Assembly: GCA_041650935.1 (NCBI GenBank)
Contig: JBAZKH010000001.1
Span: forward strand, 640,911-704,910
From: Candidatus Omnitrophota bacterium
GTDB lineage: Bacteria > Omnitrophota > Gorgyraeia > 2-01-FULL-45-10
DNA: 64,000 nt
Direction: 5' to 3'
Shown here piece after piece: positions 1 through 8,910 of the stretch. Numbering within the stretch: position 1 is the first letter of the stretch; the number at the start of each line of letters is the position of its first letter. Position numbers and translations under genes: made by a program. The notes beneath the pieces are model-generated. The model saw nothing but the letters and a program-made list of their open reading frames with translations, was not told where the DNA came from and ran no database searches.

Positions 1-253
1 TTTGTCCGGATTTCTTAACAACCCATACTATCGTGCCGCCGCACCTGATCGGGGGGCGCGATTCATCCAAAAATAACTCTACGTCTACCCCCTGGAAGAG
101 GCCGAGATCGTCCTTGAGCAGTACGCAAATGCCGCCGGCGCCGATATTCTCGGTATGCGTAGATATAGTCTTGGCGGTCAGCCTGCGTTTTATGCTGATA
201 AGGCATTTATAATTTGCCCTGGGAAACTTTCTTCTATTTATACCATCCCACAT
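1..253 (-). CDS. PilZ-domain protein, partial (continues beyond window start)
   Basis: Minus-strand frame open from an ATG at 253 to position 1, with a GGGAG SD before the ATG. Translation MWDGINRRKFPRANYKCLISIKRRLTAKTISTHTENIGAGGICVLLKDDLGLFQGVDVELFLDESRPPIRCGGTIVWVVKKSGQ carries PilZ motifs RRxxxR (RRKFPR) and N-x-G-x-GG (ENIGAGGI). Not in the ORF track because it runs off the edge. Confidence 0.55.
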   Translation of the reverse strand, partial: MWDGINRRKFPRANYKCLISIKRRLTAKTISTHTENIGAGGICVLLKDDLGLFQGVDVELFLDESRPPIRCGGTIVWVVKKSGQ

Positions 254-351
254 AGTAACTCCCTTGGATGACGGTCAAATCCAAATAACAAAATCCAAAT
301 TCCAAACATGCCAATTATACATGAGAGATGCGGGAAAAGCAAGAAAAAGAT

Positions 352-380
352 TTGCAACCGTATTCAAGAACGTGTATAAT
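352..380 (+). promoter_or_regulatory. sigma70-like promoter (TTGCAA, 17-nt spacer, TATAAT) for the exeA-like gene
   Basis: TTGCAA at 352-357 and TATAAT at 375-380 with a 17-nt spacer. It lies inside the longest ORF (328..1218), which argues that the real start is the ATG at 406. Confidence 0.45.
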
Positions 381-405
381 TCTGTATAACAACAATAGAA
401 AGTTT

Positions 406-1218
406 ATGTATAGAGAATTCTTTGGCCTCAAAGAAAAACCGTTCAATGTCACAAGCGACCCGAACTTTCTCTTCTTTAGCCGCGTCCATAAGGAAGCTTT
501 TTCGCATATCCTGTATGGGATAAAAGAGCGGAAGGGCTTTATGGAGATAACGGGTGAGATCGGCGCCGGGAAGACGACGCTTTGCAGGGCTATCCTGAAC
601 CAATTCGACGTAAATACCAAGAGCGCATTTATCTTCAACTCCAACCTTCCCGACCTTCAGCTTTTACAGTGCATACTCGAGGACTTTGGTATTGTCGTGA
701 CACAAAAGACCAAAGCCTCTATGCTGCGGCAGTTGAATAGTTTTTTGCTGGATGAACTCGTAAAAGGGAACAACGTCATACTGGTAATAGATGAGGCGCA
801 GAACCTCAAGTCCTCCACGCTCGAAGAGATACGCATGCTTTCGAACCTGGAGACGGATACGCAGAAACTATTCCAGATACTGCTGGTCGGTCAGCCCGAA
901 TTGAAGGAGAAGATAAATTCTCCGCGCCTCAGGCAGCTAAAACAGCGCATCGCCGTCAGGTTCCACATCTCTGCGCTCCAGAAGGATGAAGTCGAACGGT
1001 ATATATATCACAGGCTTACAGTCGCCGGATCGAAGGGTGATATACTCTTTACCGCGGAAGCTATGGATTTCATATTCAAATTTTCCGGAGGTATCCCGCG
1101 TACCATTAATATGGTATGTGATAAATCGCTCTTATCGGCCTACGTCTCGGAAGCCAAGACCATAACTTTACCTATAGTCGAAAAGAGCGCCCAGGAACTG
1201 GAAGGCATAATATTATGA
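406..1218 (+). CDS. ExeA/GspA (MshM)-like AAA+ ATPase (AAA_22)
   Basis: ORF 328..1218. Walker A GEIGAGKTT and Walker B VILVIDEAQ. Family resemblance to type II secretion / MSHA pilus accessory ATPase ExeA. Start moved to the internal ATG at 406 (MYREFFGLKEKPF) downstream of the promoter. Confidence 0.8.
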   Translation: MYREFFGLKEKPFNVTSDPNFLFFSRVHKEAFSHILYGIKERKGFMEITGEIGAGKTTLCRAILNQFDVNTKSAFIFNSNLPDLQLLQCILEDFGIVVTQKTKASMLRQLNSFLLDELVKGNNVILVIDEAQNLKSSTLEEIRMLSNLETDTQKLFQILLVGQPELKEKINSPRLRQLKQRIAVRFHISALQKDEVERYIYHRLTVAGSKGDILFTAEAMDFIFKFSGGIPRTINMVCDKSLLSAYVSEAKTITLPIVEKSAQELEGIIL

Positions 1219-1751
1219 GCATAATCCAGGATGCGCTTAAAAAAGCCCAGCGTACGATAACGCCCCACGATAGGCCCGCAAGAGATCATGTCATCCTCAA
1301 GCCGCCTGTCGAGAAAAAAAATACTGCTAAGGCCGGCGGGAATAAGGTTCCCGTTAAGGCCGGCGGCAAAAAGGGCACAGCCCGTAAATATGTTGTGCCG
1401 GCCGTCCTGGCAGGCCTCTTTCTCTTTTCGATTTTAATCGCGATCTTCTCTTTGGCCCTATTTTCCAACATGCCAAAGGAGAGCGCCGAACCGTCCGCGC
1501 CCGCGCAGCCTCCCGCCGCGGATAAACAGACCGTAGAACAGCTTGTCATCCCAAAAGATGTGTCGGACGTTCCCCGGAACGAATTCAGGCTGGCCGGTAT
1601 CATGCACCTGGAAGACGGCCCGCGCGCTATAATCAATAATTTAAGAGTTGCGGAAGGTGATTATGTGAACGATGCGGTGGTTACTTCGATAACCGATGAC
1701 TCTGTTGTCCTGAAAAGGCGGAATTCGGAGATAACTCTACACTTAAAATAA
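1215..1751 (+). CDS. GspB/PilP-like single-pass membrane protein (ExeA partner)
   Basis: ATGA start overlap with the upstream ATPase. Lys/Gly-rich N-terminus, one TM helix (VVPAVLAGLFLFSILIAIFSLALF), and a C-terminal domain LAGIMHLEDGPRAIINNLRVAEGDYVNDAVVTSITDDSVVLKRR resembling the GspB/PilP periplasmic domain. Confidence 0.55.
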   Translation: MSIIQDALKKAQRTITPHDRPARDHVILKPPVEKKNTAKAGGNKVPVKAGGKKGTARKYVVPAVLAGLFLFSILIAIFSLALFSNMPKESAEPSAPAQPPAADKQTVEQLVIPKDVSDVPRNEFRLAGIMHLEDGPRAIINNLRVAEGDYVNDAVVTSITDDSVVLKRRNSEITLHLK

Positions 1752-2129
1752 GGCGCGGACCTCTTCCGGTATCCTTATCGGCCTGGCGGCCTTATTAGTA
1801 AAGACGTGGACAGAATCACCCGTCGCTATCAATTTCCCGCCCACATATAGATTATAATCGAATTTCATGCTCGAGTTCTTCATCCCGCTGACCCACGTCT
1901 CGATCCGGACAAGATCGTCATAACGCGCCGGTGATTTATAGCGGCAGCTTACGCCCGCTACCATAAGATACATACCCTTCTCTTCCAGTTCGCGGTAAAC
2001 CAATCCGAGCGCCCTTAGATATTCGGTCCTTGCAACCTCGAACCACGTGAGATAGTTGCCATAATAGACGACTCCCATATTATCGGTCTCCTGGTACCTT
2101 ACCCGGATAGTCGTCTCGTACTTTTTCAT
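1743..2129 (-). CDS. YbgC/4-hydroxybenzoyl-CoA thioesterase-like hotdog-fold acyl-CoA thioesterase
   Basis: 128 aa. Motif YQETDNMGVVYYGNYLTWFEVARTEYL is typical of the 4HBT thioesterase family. Confidence 0.75.
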   Translation of the reverse strand: MKKYETTIRVRYQETDNMGVVYYGNYLTWFEVARTEYLRALGLVYRELEEKGMYLMVAGVSCRYKSPARYDDLVRIETWVSGMKNSSMKFDYNLYVGGKLIATGDSVHVFTNKAARPIRIPEEVRALF

Positions 2130-2141
2130 AGCGGCAGGTCC

Positions 2142-2603
2142 TTAAAAATGAAACTCAAGTTTATGTATATTGAAGCCGCCGACTTCCAATTTGTCGGTCT
2201 CTTTGAAACCTTTCTTCACGCAGAGGCGCATCGCATCGTGCATCCTGTCGGTACACTTAAAGTATATCTTCTTGTAACCTTTCCCCCTGCAAAATTCTAT
2301 TGCCTTATCCAAAAGGTTTGCGCCGTACCCTTTCTTTCTATGCCGTAAATCTACAAAGAGGCGCCTTAAGAGCGCTTCCGTCTGGCTCTCTTCTTTTACC
2401 CCGACAGTGCCTACGATCTGGCCCGATTCTTCGGCCACAAGGAACGCTTCTCTCTTCCCGCCATAGGTCTCTCCTATCTTATGCAGGTCGCTGTCGGAAT
2501 ACGCGGATCTATCGAACGGGTACTCCTTGGAAAGGATATCGAGTATAAGATTTTTGACGCTCTCCGCGTCCGATGCGCGAAACACCCTCAGATTACTATC
2601 CAT
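2142..2603 (-). CDS. GNAT family N-acetyltransferase
   Basis: Acetyl-CoA binding motif RRLFVDLRHRKKGYGANLL. The longest ORF begins with an alternative (non-ATG) start; the likely start is the internal ATG giving MDSNLRVF. Confidence 0.75.
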   Translation of the reverse strand: MDSNLRVFRASDAESVKNLILDILSKEYPFDRSAYSDSDLHKIGETYGGKREAFLVAEESGQIVGTVGVKEESQTEALLRRLFVDLRHRKKGYGANLLDKAIEFCRGKGYKKIYFKCTDRMHDAMRLCVKKGFKETDKLEVGGFNIHKLEFHF

Positions 2604-2619
2604 AACCACCACTCTCCCT

Positions 2620-3711
2620 TTAGGCCAGACGGCCCGCAATAGTTTCCTTGACTATATGCTGCGGTATCCCTTCCACTATCCTTGTCCTGCCGATAGCGGC
2701 GGGTAGAACGAACCTGTTCCGTCCGCGGATAAATTTCTTGTCATGGGCAAGCGCACCGCATATACGCGAAACGCTTAAACCTTTTGCCCGGACCGGGAGC
2801 CCGCACTCTTCGATAAGAGCGTTTATCCTGCCGGCATCGGCCGGGGAAAGAATGCGCAATCTCACGGCCATATCCGCGGCGGCGGCCATGCCGATAGCAA
2901 CCGCTTTGCCGTGATCGTACCGTCCGGAATATGCGGATGCGGCCTCGATGGCGTGGCCTACCGTGTGTCCTAAATTCAATATCGCCCGGAGGCTCTTCCT
3001 GTCGAACTCATCCTTAGAAACCAGGCCGGCCTTTATCCGGGCGCACCGGGAGACGACGAACTCCAGCGCCGCCGGCTCGGCCCCTAAAATCTTGGCATGA
3101 TTTTTTTCGACGAATTCGAAGAGCGCCCTCTCTTTTATTACGCCGTATTTTATTATCTCGGCCATGCCGTTTTTAATCTGTCTTTCAGGAAGAGACTTCA
3201 GGATAGCTATGTCGCATAGCACTGCTTTCGGCTGGTAGAACGCCCCTGCGAGATTTTTGGCCGCCGGAAGATCTATCGCGGTCTTGCCGCCTATAGCGGA
3301 ATCGACCTGCGCGAGAAGCGTGGTAGGTATCTGGACATACGCAATGCCCCTTTTGTATATAGAGGCCACGAAACCCGTAAGATCGCCGATCACGCCGCCG
3401 CCTAACGCTATAAGGAAGATCCTGCGGTAGCTGTCATGCGCGGCGATGCGGTTCAGCAGAGATGTTGCCGTCGCGCTCGATTTTGCTTTTTCGGAATCAG
3501 GGACAATGGCGAACGCTGCAGTAAAACCGCTCTTCTTTAAAATAACGGCAAGCGTATTGCCGTACAAATTAAATATGCGCCGGTTGGTGACGATGACGGC
3601 GTCGTTGCCCAGATCGAGCCTTTTAAGCAGGCCGCCCGTCTTTTTAAAAAGCCCGCGTCCTATCAGGATGTCGTAGGACCTATTCCCAAGGGCAACTTTT
3701 ACCTTCATCAA
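2620..3711 (-). CDS. aroB: 3-dehydroquinate synthase
   Basis: 363 aa. GGGVIGDLTGFVA, the NLGHTVGHAIE metal-binding motif and overall AroB architecture. Confidence 0.9.
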   Translation of the reverse strand: MMKVKVALGNRSYDILIGRGLFKKTGGLLKRLDLGNDAVIVTNRRIFNLYGNTLAVILKKSGFTAAFAIVPDSEKAKSSATATSLLNRIAAHDSYRRIFLIALGGGVIGDLTGFVASIYKRGIAYVQIPTTLLAQVDSAIGGKTAIDLPAAKNLAGAFYQPKAVLCDIAILKSLPERQIKNGMAEIIKYGVIKERALFEFVEKNHAKILGAEPAALEFVVSRCARIKAGLVSKDEFDRKSLRAILNLGHTVGHAIEAASAYSGRYDHGKAVAIGMAAAADMAVRLRILSPADAGRINALIEECGLPVRAKGLSVSRICGALAHDKKFIRGRNRFVLPAAIGRTRIVEGIPQHIVKETIAGRLA

Positions 3712-4035
3712 TTATTTAGCTTCCTTCTTGCCTTCGCCGGCCGGTTTCGCCGCGGCTTTCGCGCCCGGAGCCGCTTTAGCTCCCGCCGCGGCCTTTGCTG
3801 CCGGTGCCGCCGCCGGGGCTTCCGCGCCCGGCGCAGCGGTTTCCGTACCCTCAACCGCCGCCTTCTCCTTCTTGATCTTGAATTTAACAATCTTGACCTT
3901 TGCCAGGCCAAAGACCGATTTTCCCTCGTCCCATTTTTCCTTTTCCTTCAGGACCTTGAGTTTTTCATATCGTTTCAATACCGACCTATGCTGCTTGCCT
4001 TTGTCTGATGAACGCAGGCTTGGATGCTGAGACAT
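3712..4035 (-). CDS. small basic protein with Ala/Pro/Lys-rich low-complexity tail (histone-H1-like); function unknown
   Basis: 107 aa with GGAGGT SD. C-terminal AAPGAEAPAAAPAAKAAAGAKAAPGAKAAAKPAGEGKKEAK. The opposite-frame Arg-rich ORF 3708..3911 is a composition artefact. Confidence 0.5.
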   Translation of the reverse strand: MSQHPSLRSSDKGKQHRSVLKRYEKLKVLKEKEKWDEGKSVFGLAKVKIVKFKIKKEKAAVEGTETAAPGAEAPAAAPAAKAAAGAKAAPGAKAAAKPAGEGKKEAK

Positions 4036-4113
4036 TCTAGTACCTCCGATTTGTTGTTGTTTTACCCCGACAGATCATTCCGTCCCCCGCCTTACTCCGG
4101 GCGGGGCCATCAG

Positions 4114-4758
4114 TTATTTCAGTTTCAGATACGCGTCTTTATATAGACGCCGCATTTTTTTTAAATCCTTCTGGCTCTGCGGGCCCGTCTTGTCGGAATA
4201 CGCCCCGACGCAGACAAGAAAATACCGGCCGCTCTGTATTAAGGCAGTATCGAGCCCCTGTCCTTTTAACTTATTCATCTCCTGCACAGCCAGATCTTTT
4301 TGGACGAATGTAACCGCCACTATCGTATATGGGCCCGCCGCTGTGCTAATCGGACGGATTGCCGCCGGCGGCGGTCTCTTTACTGCCGGCTGTGCCGGGG
4401 ATGCGATGGGCCTGGGCACTGCAGAAGGTGCCGCAATACGCATAACTGCCTGTGCCTGGACCGGCGCCGGCAAATTCAACCCTTCCTTCCCGGGTTCTAC
4501 GGTAACCGTCTTCTGCGCAGTTTCTTCGAGTCTTTGCTTCCCTTTCTCGACCCCGAGAGCGTATACAGCCACCATAACCATAATAATGCCTATAGCTATG
4601 AAGACAGCTCTATCCAGGGTAATCGTAAGCACTACGTTCCTTTCGAAATCGGCCTTTGGGAAAAAATCGGACAACTTCGGGAAGAAACGTTTGGGTTTTT
4701 CGAACTCGAAGAGTTCCTTCTGATATTTCTCGTCTTCCATAACTTTATTTTGGAGCAT
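4114..4758 (-). CDS. SPOR-domain membrane protein (DedD/FtsN-like cell-division peptidoglycan binder)
   Basis: N-terminal TM segment, Pro/Ala-rich linker, and a C-terminal SPOR-like domain YTIVAVTFVQKDLAVQEMNKLKGQGLDTALIQSGRYFLVCVGAYSDK. Confidence 0.7.
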   Translation of the reverse strand: MLQNKVMEDEKYQKELFEFEKPKRFFPKLSDFFPKADFERNVVLTITLDRAVFIAIGIIMVMVAVYALGVEKGKQRLEETAQKTVTVEPGKEGLNLPAPVQAQAVMRIAAPSAVPRPIASPAQPAVKRPPPAAIRPISTAAGPYTIVAVTFVQKDLAVQEMNKLKGQGLDTALIQSGRYFLVCVGAYSDKTGPQSQKDLKKMRRLYKDAYLKLK

Positions 4759-4810
4759 TATAACATATATGAATATTTAAATCAATCCCTTGGCTGGCTA
4801 GATGCCGGCT

Positions 4811-5530
4811 TCACGTGCCCGAAACGGCTTTTATATTCAGCCGGAAGAGCTTGCTCGATACCTGTATGGCAGGTTTGCCCGGATCGCCGGCAACCCGCAC
4901 AGAAAGCGACATCCATCCGTCCTTTTCGCCCGTAAGGAGCGCATTGGCCAATTCCGGGGGGATCTTGGCGGTAAGTGTGGGGGAAAAATATATTACGATA
5001 TCGGACTCGATCGTCCCGTTATAAAATAGATCGCCGTTAACGATAAGCCTGATATCGTCGCTTAATAACTCGAAATCCTTTATTCCGATACGCTGTACGG
5101 CGGGCTCGATCCGTCCGCGTATATGGCTATACTTCCACCTGTTATCGAACGGCGTTGCGATGAGCGCGCCGATAGTATCGTAACGGATATCTTTCTCTTT
5201 CGTCTCCTTCGCAAAATTGACGTCCTGAAGATCGAAATTCAACGCAGCGTTCCTGGGGCCAAAGAGGGGTCCGATCCGGGCGTTCCTGCAGATAAAACCG
5301 AACCCCGTTTTCCGCGATATGATCGACAAATCTTTGAAAAGCAGGTCTCGGGAAAAATTTAGCGAAGATTTTTTATAGTTTATATCGATATCGTAAGCCG
5401 TCTGGAAACGCTCCAGGTCGCAGGTCTTTTCTACCAGGTAAACGGCTATAGGGCCGGAATAGAAGCATGCGGCCGCCAGCAATATTACCGGTATTGCCAA
5501 TACTATAGAAAGTTTTCTACCCAATCTCAT
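4811..5530 (-). CDS. hypothetical membrane-anchored protein (AsmA-C-terminal-like?)
   Basis: 239 aa with an N-terminal signal anchor MRLGRKLSIVLAIPVILLAAAC. No confident family assignment. Confidence 0.45.
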   Translation of the reverse strand: MRLGRKLSIVLAIPVILLAAACFYSGPIAVYLVEKTCDLERFQTAYDIDINYKKSSLNFSRDLLFKDLSIISRKTGFGFICRNARIGPLFGPRNAALNFDLQDVNFAKETKEKDIRYDTIGALIATPFDNRWKYSHIRGRIEPAVQRIGIKDFELLSDDIRLIVNGDLFYNGTIESDIVIYFSPTLTAKIPPELANALLTGEKDGWMSLSVRVAGDPGKPAIQVSSKLFRLNIKAVSGT

Positions 5531-5533
5531 AAG

Positions 5534-8500
5534 TTATTCCCAGCATATCGAATCGAAGTCGCATCTTCCGCACCGCTTTTCGTCGCGGTCCGGCAGTTTT
5601 TTGAAATCGAGCGCCTTGATCCCCGCCCAAACTTTTTTTATCACTTCTTCCACATCTCTAACCATCGAATCGGATATCTCCACGCTTTTGGCGACATGCG
5701 CGCCTTTTTTATAACCCTGCCGCCGCAGGTCAGACTCCACGGGTTCTATGAATACGAGCACTCCGCTGCGCGCGCGCATACCGCGCGATTCCTTTTTGTC
5801 TTTTTCGAAGAGGAGGCGGTAACAGACAAGCTGTCTTAAGTATCCGTCGCAGTCGGGACTCGATAAGTCCTTAATATTATCTATCGCTTTAAGGTGCTCG
5901 TCGGGTTTTCCTGTCTTATAGTCGAGTATCCTTACTATCCCCTTCCCCTCGTCCTCAAATTCGACCTTATCGTATTTACCGGTAAATATTATATTGTCGC
6001 CTATAGTGATAACGAGCTTTCGCTCCAGCCCCACCGGCATGACGGGATCCCGCGCGACAGAACTAAACCAGCCTTTTATCGTATCGGCCTTCTTGAGACA
6101 GTAACGCTCATCTACCTTATCGACCCCCTGAAATTTAAGCTCCCGCTTGAACGCAGTCATAAAGAAACGGAAGGCCGGGAATCGTTTCGCTGTCATGAAA
6201 TCCCTGTAAGTCTCTTCGAGGGCCTTGTGGACGCAATTACCGAATACGAGGCTCCGTTTCTTTGCCCCGGGCAGTTTTAAAAGATCATTATACAGGAACC
6301 GCCTTTTGCATGATATGTATGTATTGAGCCTGGTGGGGTTAAGGCTCAGGTTATCTACCATATCTTTCAGCACCGCATCGGTTCCAATGAAGGGGTCTTT
6401 CAGGCCGGTCGACTCAATAGACTTTTCCAGGAGCGCCTCCTCGCCGGAACTGCCGGCGCCTTCCCCGGAGATGCCGAGCCGCGTCAGGTATAAGCTCGAG
6501 ACCGAATCTTCCGTCGGGCTTGCCGTAAAGATGAGGTTCGATTTCGCTCTTGTCATGGCCACATAAAATAAACGCGTCTCGTCCTGGAGCGCAAGGGCTT
6601 TTGCCGCCTCCTTATCGCGGGCGGCGGCCCTGGCCTTGAATAAGTCCGAAGGCATGCGGATCTTTTCCGGTATCGGCCGCGCCGGCCAGTTCTTGTTATT
6701 GAGGCAGAACGGTATTATTACGGAGTGAAACTCCATCCCCTTGGCCCCGTGCGCGGTATAGACCCTGACGCCGGCCTGCGAAAGCGTTACGAGGTCCCCC
6801 TGGACGGGCAGGCCGTGGTCCTTTCTCGTCTTCATCTCGTCCAGGAAATCGTCGAGCCTTACCCCGGGCGCCGCGATATCGCTCGTCTTTACCATGTTCA
6901 CAAATGACGCGAGAGCCCTCAGCTGGCGTATGCGGAGCAGTTTATTTTTTGAATATTCTTTCAATACATACTTGAAAATACCGGCGTCTTTTATGAAATC
7001 CAAGAGAAGCGAATGGACCGGTCTGGCTCTCGCGTCCCGCAGGAGCTTCTTTACGGTATCTGCCGCCTGCCGGAATTTTACAGGGTCTTTAAACGGGATA
7101 TCTTTCCGCCCGGACTCAAAACAATCCAGAAACTCCGATAATATCGTTGTGCTTCCGTTTTTGCCCGGGGACTGCTTGCGGTTGACGAAGTTTATGAATC
7201 GCAGTATGTCCGAATGCGGTATCTCGAAGTAATCCGCGGACAAAACTTTGTAGAGGGCAAGATCGGAGGAGCCGCGTTCCGCGGGATCGATATGCGCCAG
7301 CTCCAGCACATCGGTAAGCTGCTTCACGCGCAGTTCACCGCTTATATCTTCTTTTCCATCGGTAGCATACGGTATGCCGGCCTGCAGGAAGGCGTCTATT
7401 ATTTTAAGTATACTGCTGCGTTTCCTGACCAGGACTGCGATATTATTGTAGGGGTTGGCGCGCTCCGCCTCCGTCAAGAGCTTATCGGATTCAATCTCAT
7501 CCTTTAACTGCCTGACCTTATCGATTATATAAAGCAGTTCTTCCGACGCGGCAGTAAATTCTTTGAATAGGATCTCTTTTTTTGCGTAATCTTTTTTTGC
7601 CGCGAGTTCTTTCGAACCCATCCGCTCGGCGGACGGGATGGACTCTATTACTTTGTTCGCGACATTTATCAATTCTTTCGTCGAGCGGTAATTCTCCTTA
7701 AGCGACAGTATCGCCGCTTCGGGGAAGCGTTTCGTAAACAGCTTGAAATTACCGATATTGGCGCCCTGGAACCTGTATATGGACTGATCGTCGTCACCTA
7801 CGCAGAGAAGATTGGGTTTCTTGCAATCCATAAGGCTGAAGAGCAGTTCCATCTGCGCGCCGTTCGTGTCCTGGTATTCATCAACCATGACATATTTATA
7901 CTGCTCCGCATATTCCTTCTTCAGGTCAGGTTCTTCTTTCAGCACTTTGGACGCGAAGAGTATCATGTCGTCGAAATCATATCTTCCGCGCTCGTCGAAT
8001 ATATCCTTACTGCGCCCCTCCTTAAGCTCTTCATACCGCCTGTAGGCTATCGCGAGCGCGCTCAAGCGCTTGACATGTTTCTCTTCGAATAACCGGTACA
8101 GGCTCTCTTTCTTACCCAGATAATCATCAAGACCGGCGGGATATATGCCTTCCCGCTTCAGGTCGCTTATCTTCTGCAGTGTCTCCTTAAGATAAGTGTA
8201 CGGCGCGCGGAATGGGCGTATCTGGTCAAGTCCGTCCGTATTGTCGAGTATATATTCCATAGCCTTCATGCGCTCGACCTCGCTTAGCTGGACCTTGTCG
8301 CCGATATAATTGGCGGCCTCTTCCGACTCCTGTATGAGATTATTGGCAAAACTGTGAAATGTCCCTACCTCAACATCGTAACCGGCCAGACCTATGACCG
8401 CGGCAAGCCGTTCTTTCATGGCCTTGGCGGCCGTGTTGGTATAGGTTAGTATAAGGATATTCTCCGGACCGGCTTTTTTACGGTCGACAATAAGGGCGGC

Positions 8501-8629
8501 GCGCACGGAAAGCAGCTGCGTCTTCCCCGTGCCGGGGCCGGCGAGGACGAGGAGGGGCCCCTCGGTGGTATCGACGGCCTGTCTCTGATGATCGTTTAGC
8601 TGGTTGTAGAGCTTAAGGTAATTACTCAT
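5534..8629 (-). CDS. UvrD/PcrA-family SF1 helicase fused to a C-terminal PD-(D/E)XK nuclease with Cas4/AddB-like 4-Cys (Fe-S) cluster
   Basis: 1031 aa. N-terminal Walker A AGPGTGKTQLL and UvrD motifs (VMVDEYQDTN). The C-terminus has Cys spacing C...CGRCDFDSICW, characteristic of Fe-S nucleases. Confidence 0.85.
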   Translation of the reverse strand: MSNYLKLYNQLNDHQRQAVDTTEGPLLVLAGPGTGKTQLLSVRAALIVDRKKAGPENILILTYTNTAAKAMKERLAAVIGLAGYDVEVGTFHSFANNLIQESEEAANYIGDKVQLSEVERMKAMEYILDNTDGLDQIRPFRAPYTYLKETLQKISDLKREGIYPAGLDDYLGKKESLYRLFEEKHVKRLSALAIAYRRYEELKEGRSKDIFDERGRYDFDDMILFASKVLKEEPDLKKEYAEQYKYVMVDEYQDTNGAQMELLFSLMDCKKPNLLCVGDDDQSIYRFQGANIGNFKLFTKRFPEAAILSLKENYRSTKELINVANKVIESIPSAERMGSKELAAKKDYAKKEILFKEFTAASEELLYIIDKVRQLKDEIESDKLLTEAERANPYNNIAVLVRKRSSILKIIDAFLQAGIPYATDGKEDISGELRVKQLTDVLELAHIDPAERGSSDLALYKVLSADYFEIPHSDILRFINFVNRKQSPGKNGSTTILSEFLDCFESGRKDIPFKDPVKFRQAADTVKKLLRDARARPVHSLLLDFIKDAGIFKYVLKEYSKNKLLRIRQLRALASFVNMVKTSDIAAPGVRLDDFLDEMKTRKDHGLPVQGDLVTLSQAGVRVYTAHGAKGMEFHSVIIPFCLNNKNWPARPIPEKIRMPSDLFKARAAARDKEAAKALALQDETRLFYVAMTRAKSNLIFTASPTEDSVSSLYLTRLGISGEGAGSSGEEALLEKSIESTGLKDPFIGTDAVLKDMVDNLSLNPTRLNTYISCKRRFLYNDLLKLPGAKKRSLVFGNCVHKALEETYRDFMTAKRFPAFRFFMTAFKRELKFQGVDKVDERYCLKKADTIKGWFSSVARDPVMPVGLERKLVITIGDNIIFTGKYDKVEFEDEGKGIVRILDYKTGKPDEHLKAIDNIKDLSSPDCDGYLRQLVCYRLLFEKDKKESRGMRARSGVLVFIEPVESDLRRQGYKKGAHVAKSVEISDSMVRDVEEVIKKVWAGIKALDFKKLPDRDEKRCGRCDFDSICWE

Positions 8630-8640
8630 CTAATGAGGGT

Positions 8641-8910
8641 TTACGCGGACTTTCCCGTTTTAAGGAGCTTTCTGACCTTCGAAATGAGCTTGTCGTCGTT
8701 GGTATAACTGTAACCTGTCGTGGAAGTTGCGCGGTGAGCCGCAAGTATCCCGGCCTTAACGAGGTCCTCGAGCGCATTCTTCACCTTCGAGCGCTCCTCG
8801 CCCACCCATGTCGCTACACCGCGCGGCGTATCGATCGAGGCCTGGTTCTCATGGAAAAATTTTATTATTTTTAGATGAATCTCCGACCGGAAAAGTTTAT
8901 TTATGTCCAT
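8641..8910 (-). CDS. small winged-helix (MarR/ArsR-like) putative transcriptional regulator
   Basis: Start moved to the internal ATG (MDINKLF...) to remove a 92-nt overlap with the downstream HD-GYP gene. Pattern LEDLVKAGIL is wHTH-like. Confidence 0.5.
   Translation of the reverse strand: MDINKLFRSEIHLKIIKFFHENQASIDTPRGVATWVGEERSKVKNALEDLVKAGILAAHRATSTTGYSYTNDDKLISKVRKLLKTGKSA

Noticed and set aside
315-644. Minus-strand ORFs 315..644 and 364..603 overlapping the exeA-like gene
   Set aside because: Overlapped by a gene with a promoter and Walker motifs. No features.
3708-3911. 67-aa Arg-rich ORF antisense to or overlapping the small basic protein gene
   Set aside because: An alternative frame of GC-rich repetitive DNA. 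It has no start context and is fully overlapped by a better ORF with an SD.
4072-4097. GC-rich hairpin CCCCGCC...GGCGGGG between the SPOR gene and the small basic protein gene as a terminator
   Set aside because: No U-tract follows on the transcribed strand. The downstream gene's SD follows immediately, so it is more likely a stability element or coincidence.
5894-8045. Plus-strand ORFs within the helicase-nuclease gene
   Set aside because: Antisense shadow ORFs. No independent support.
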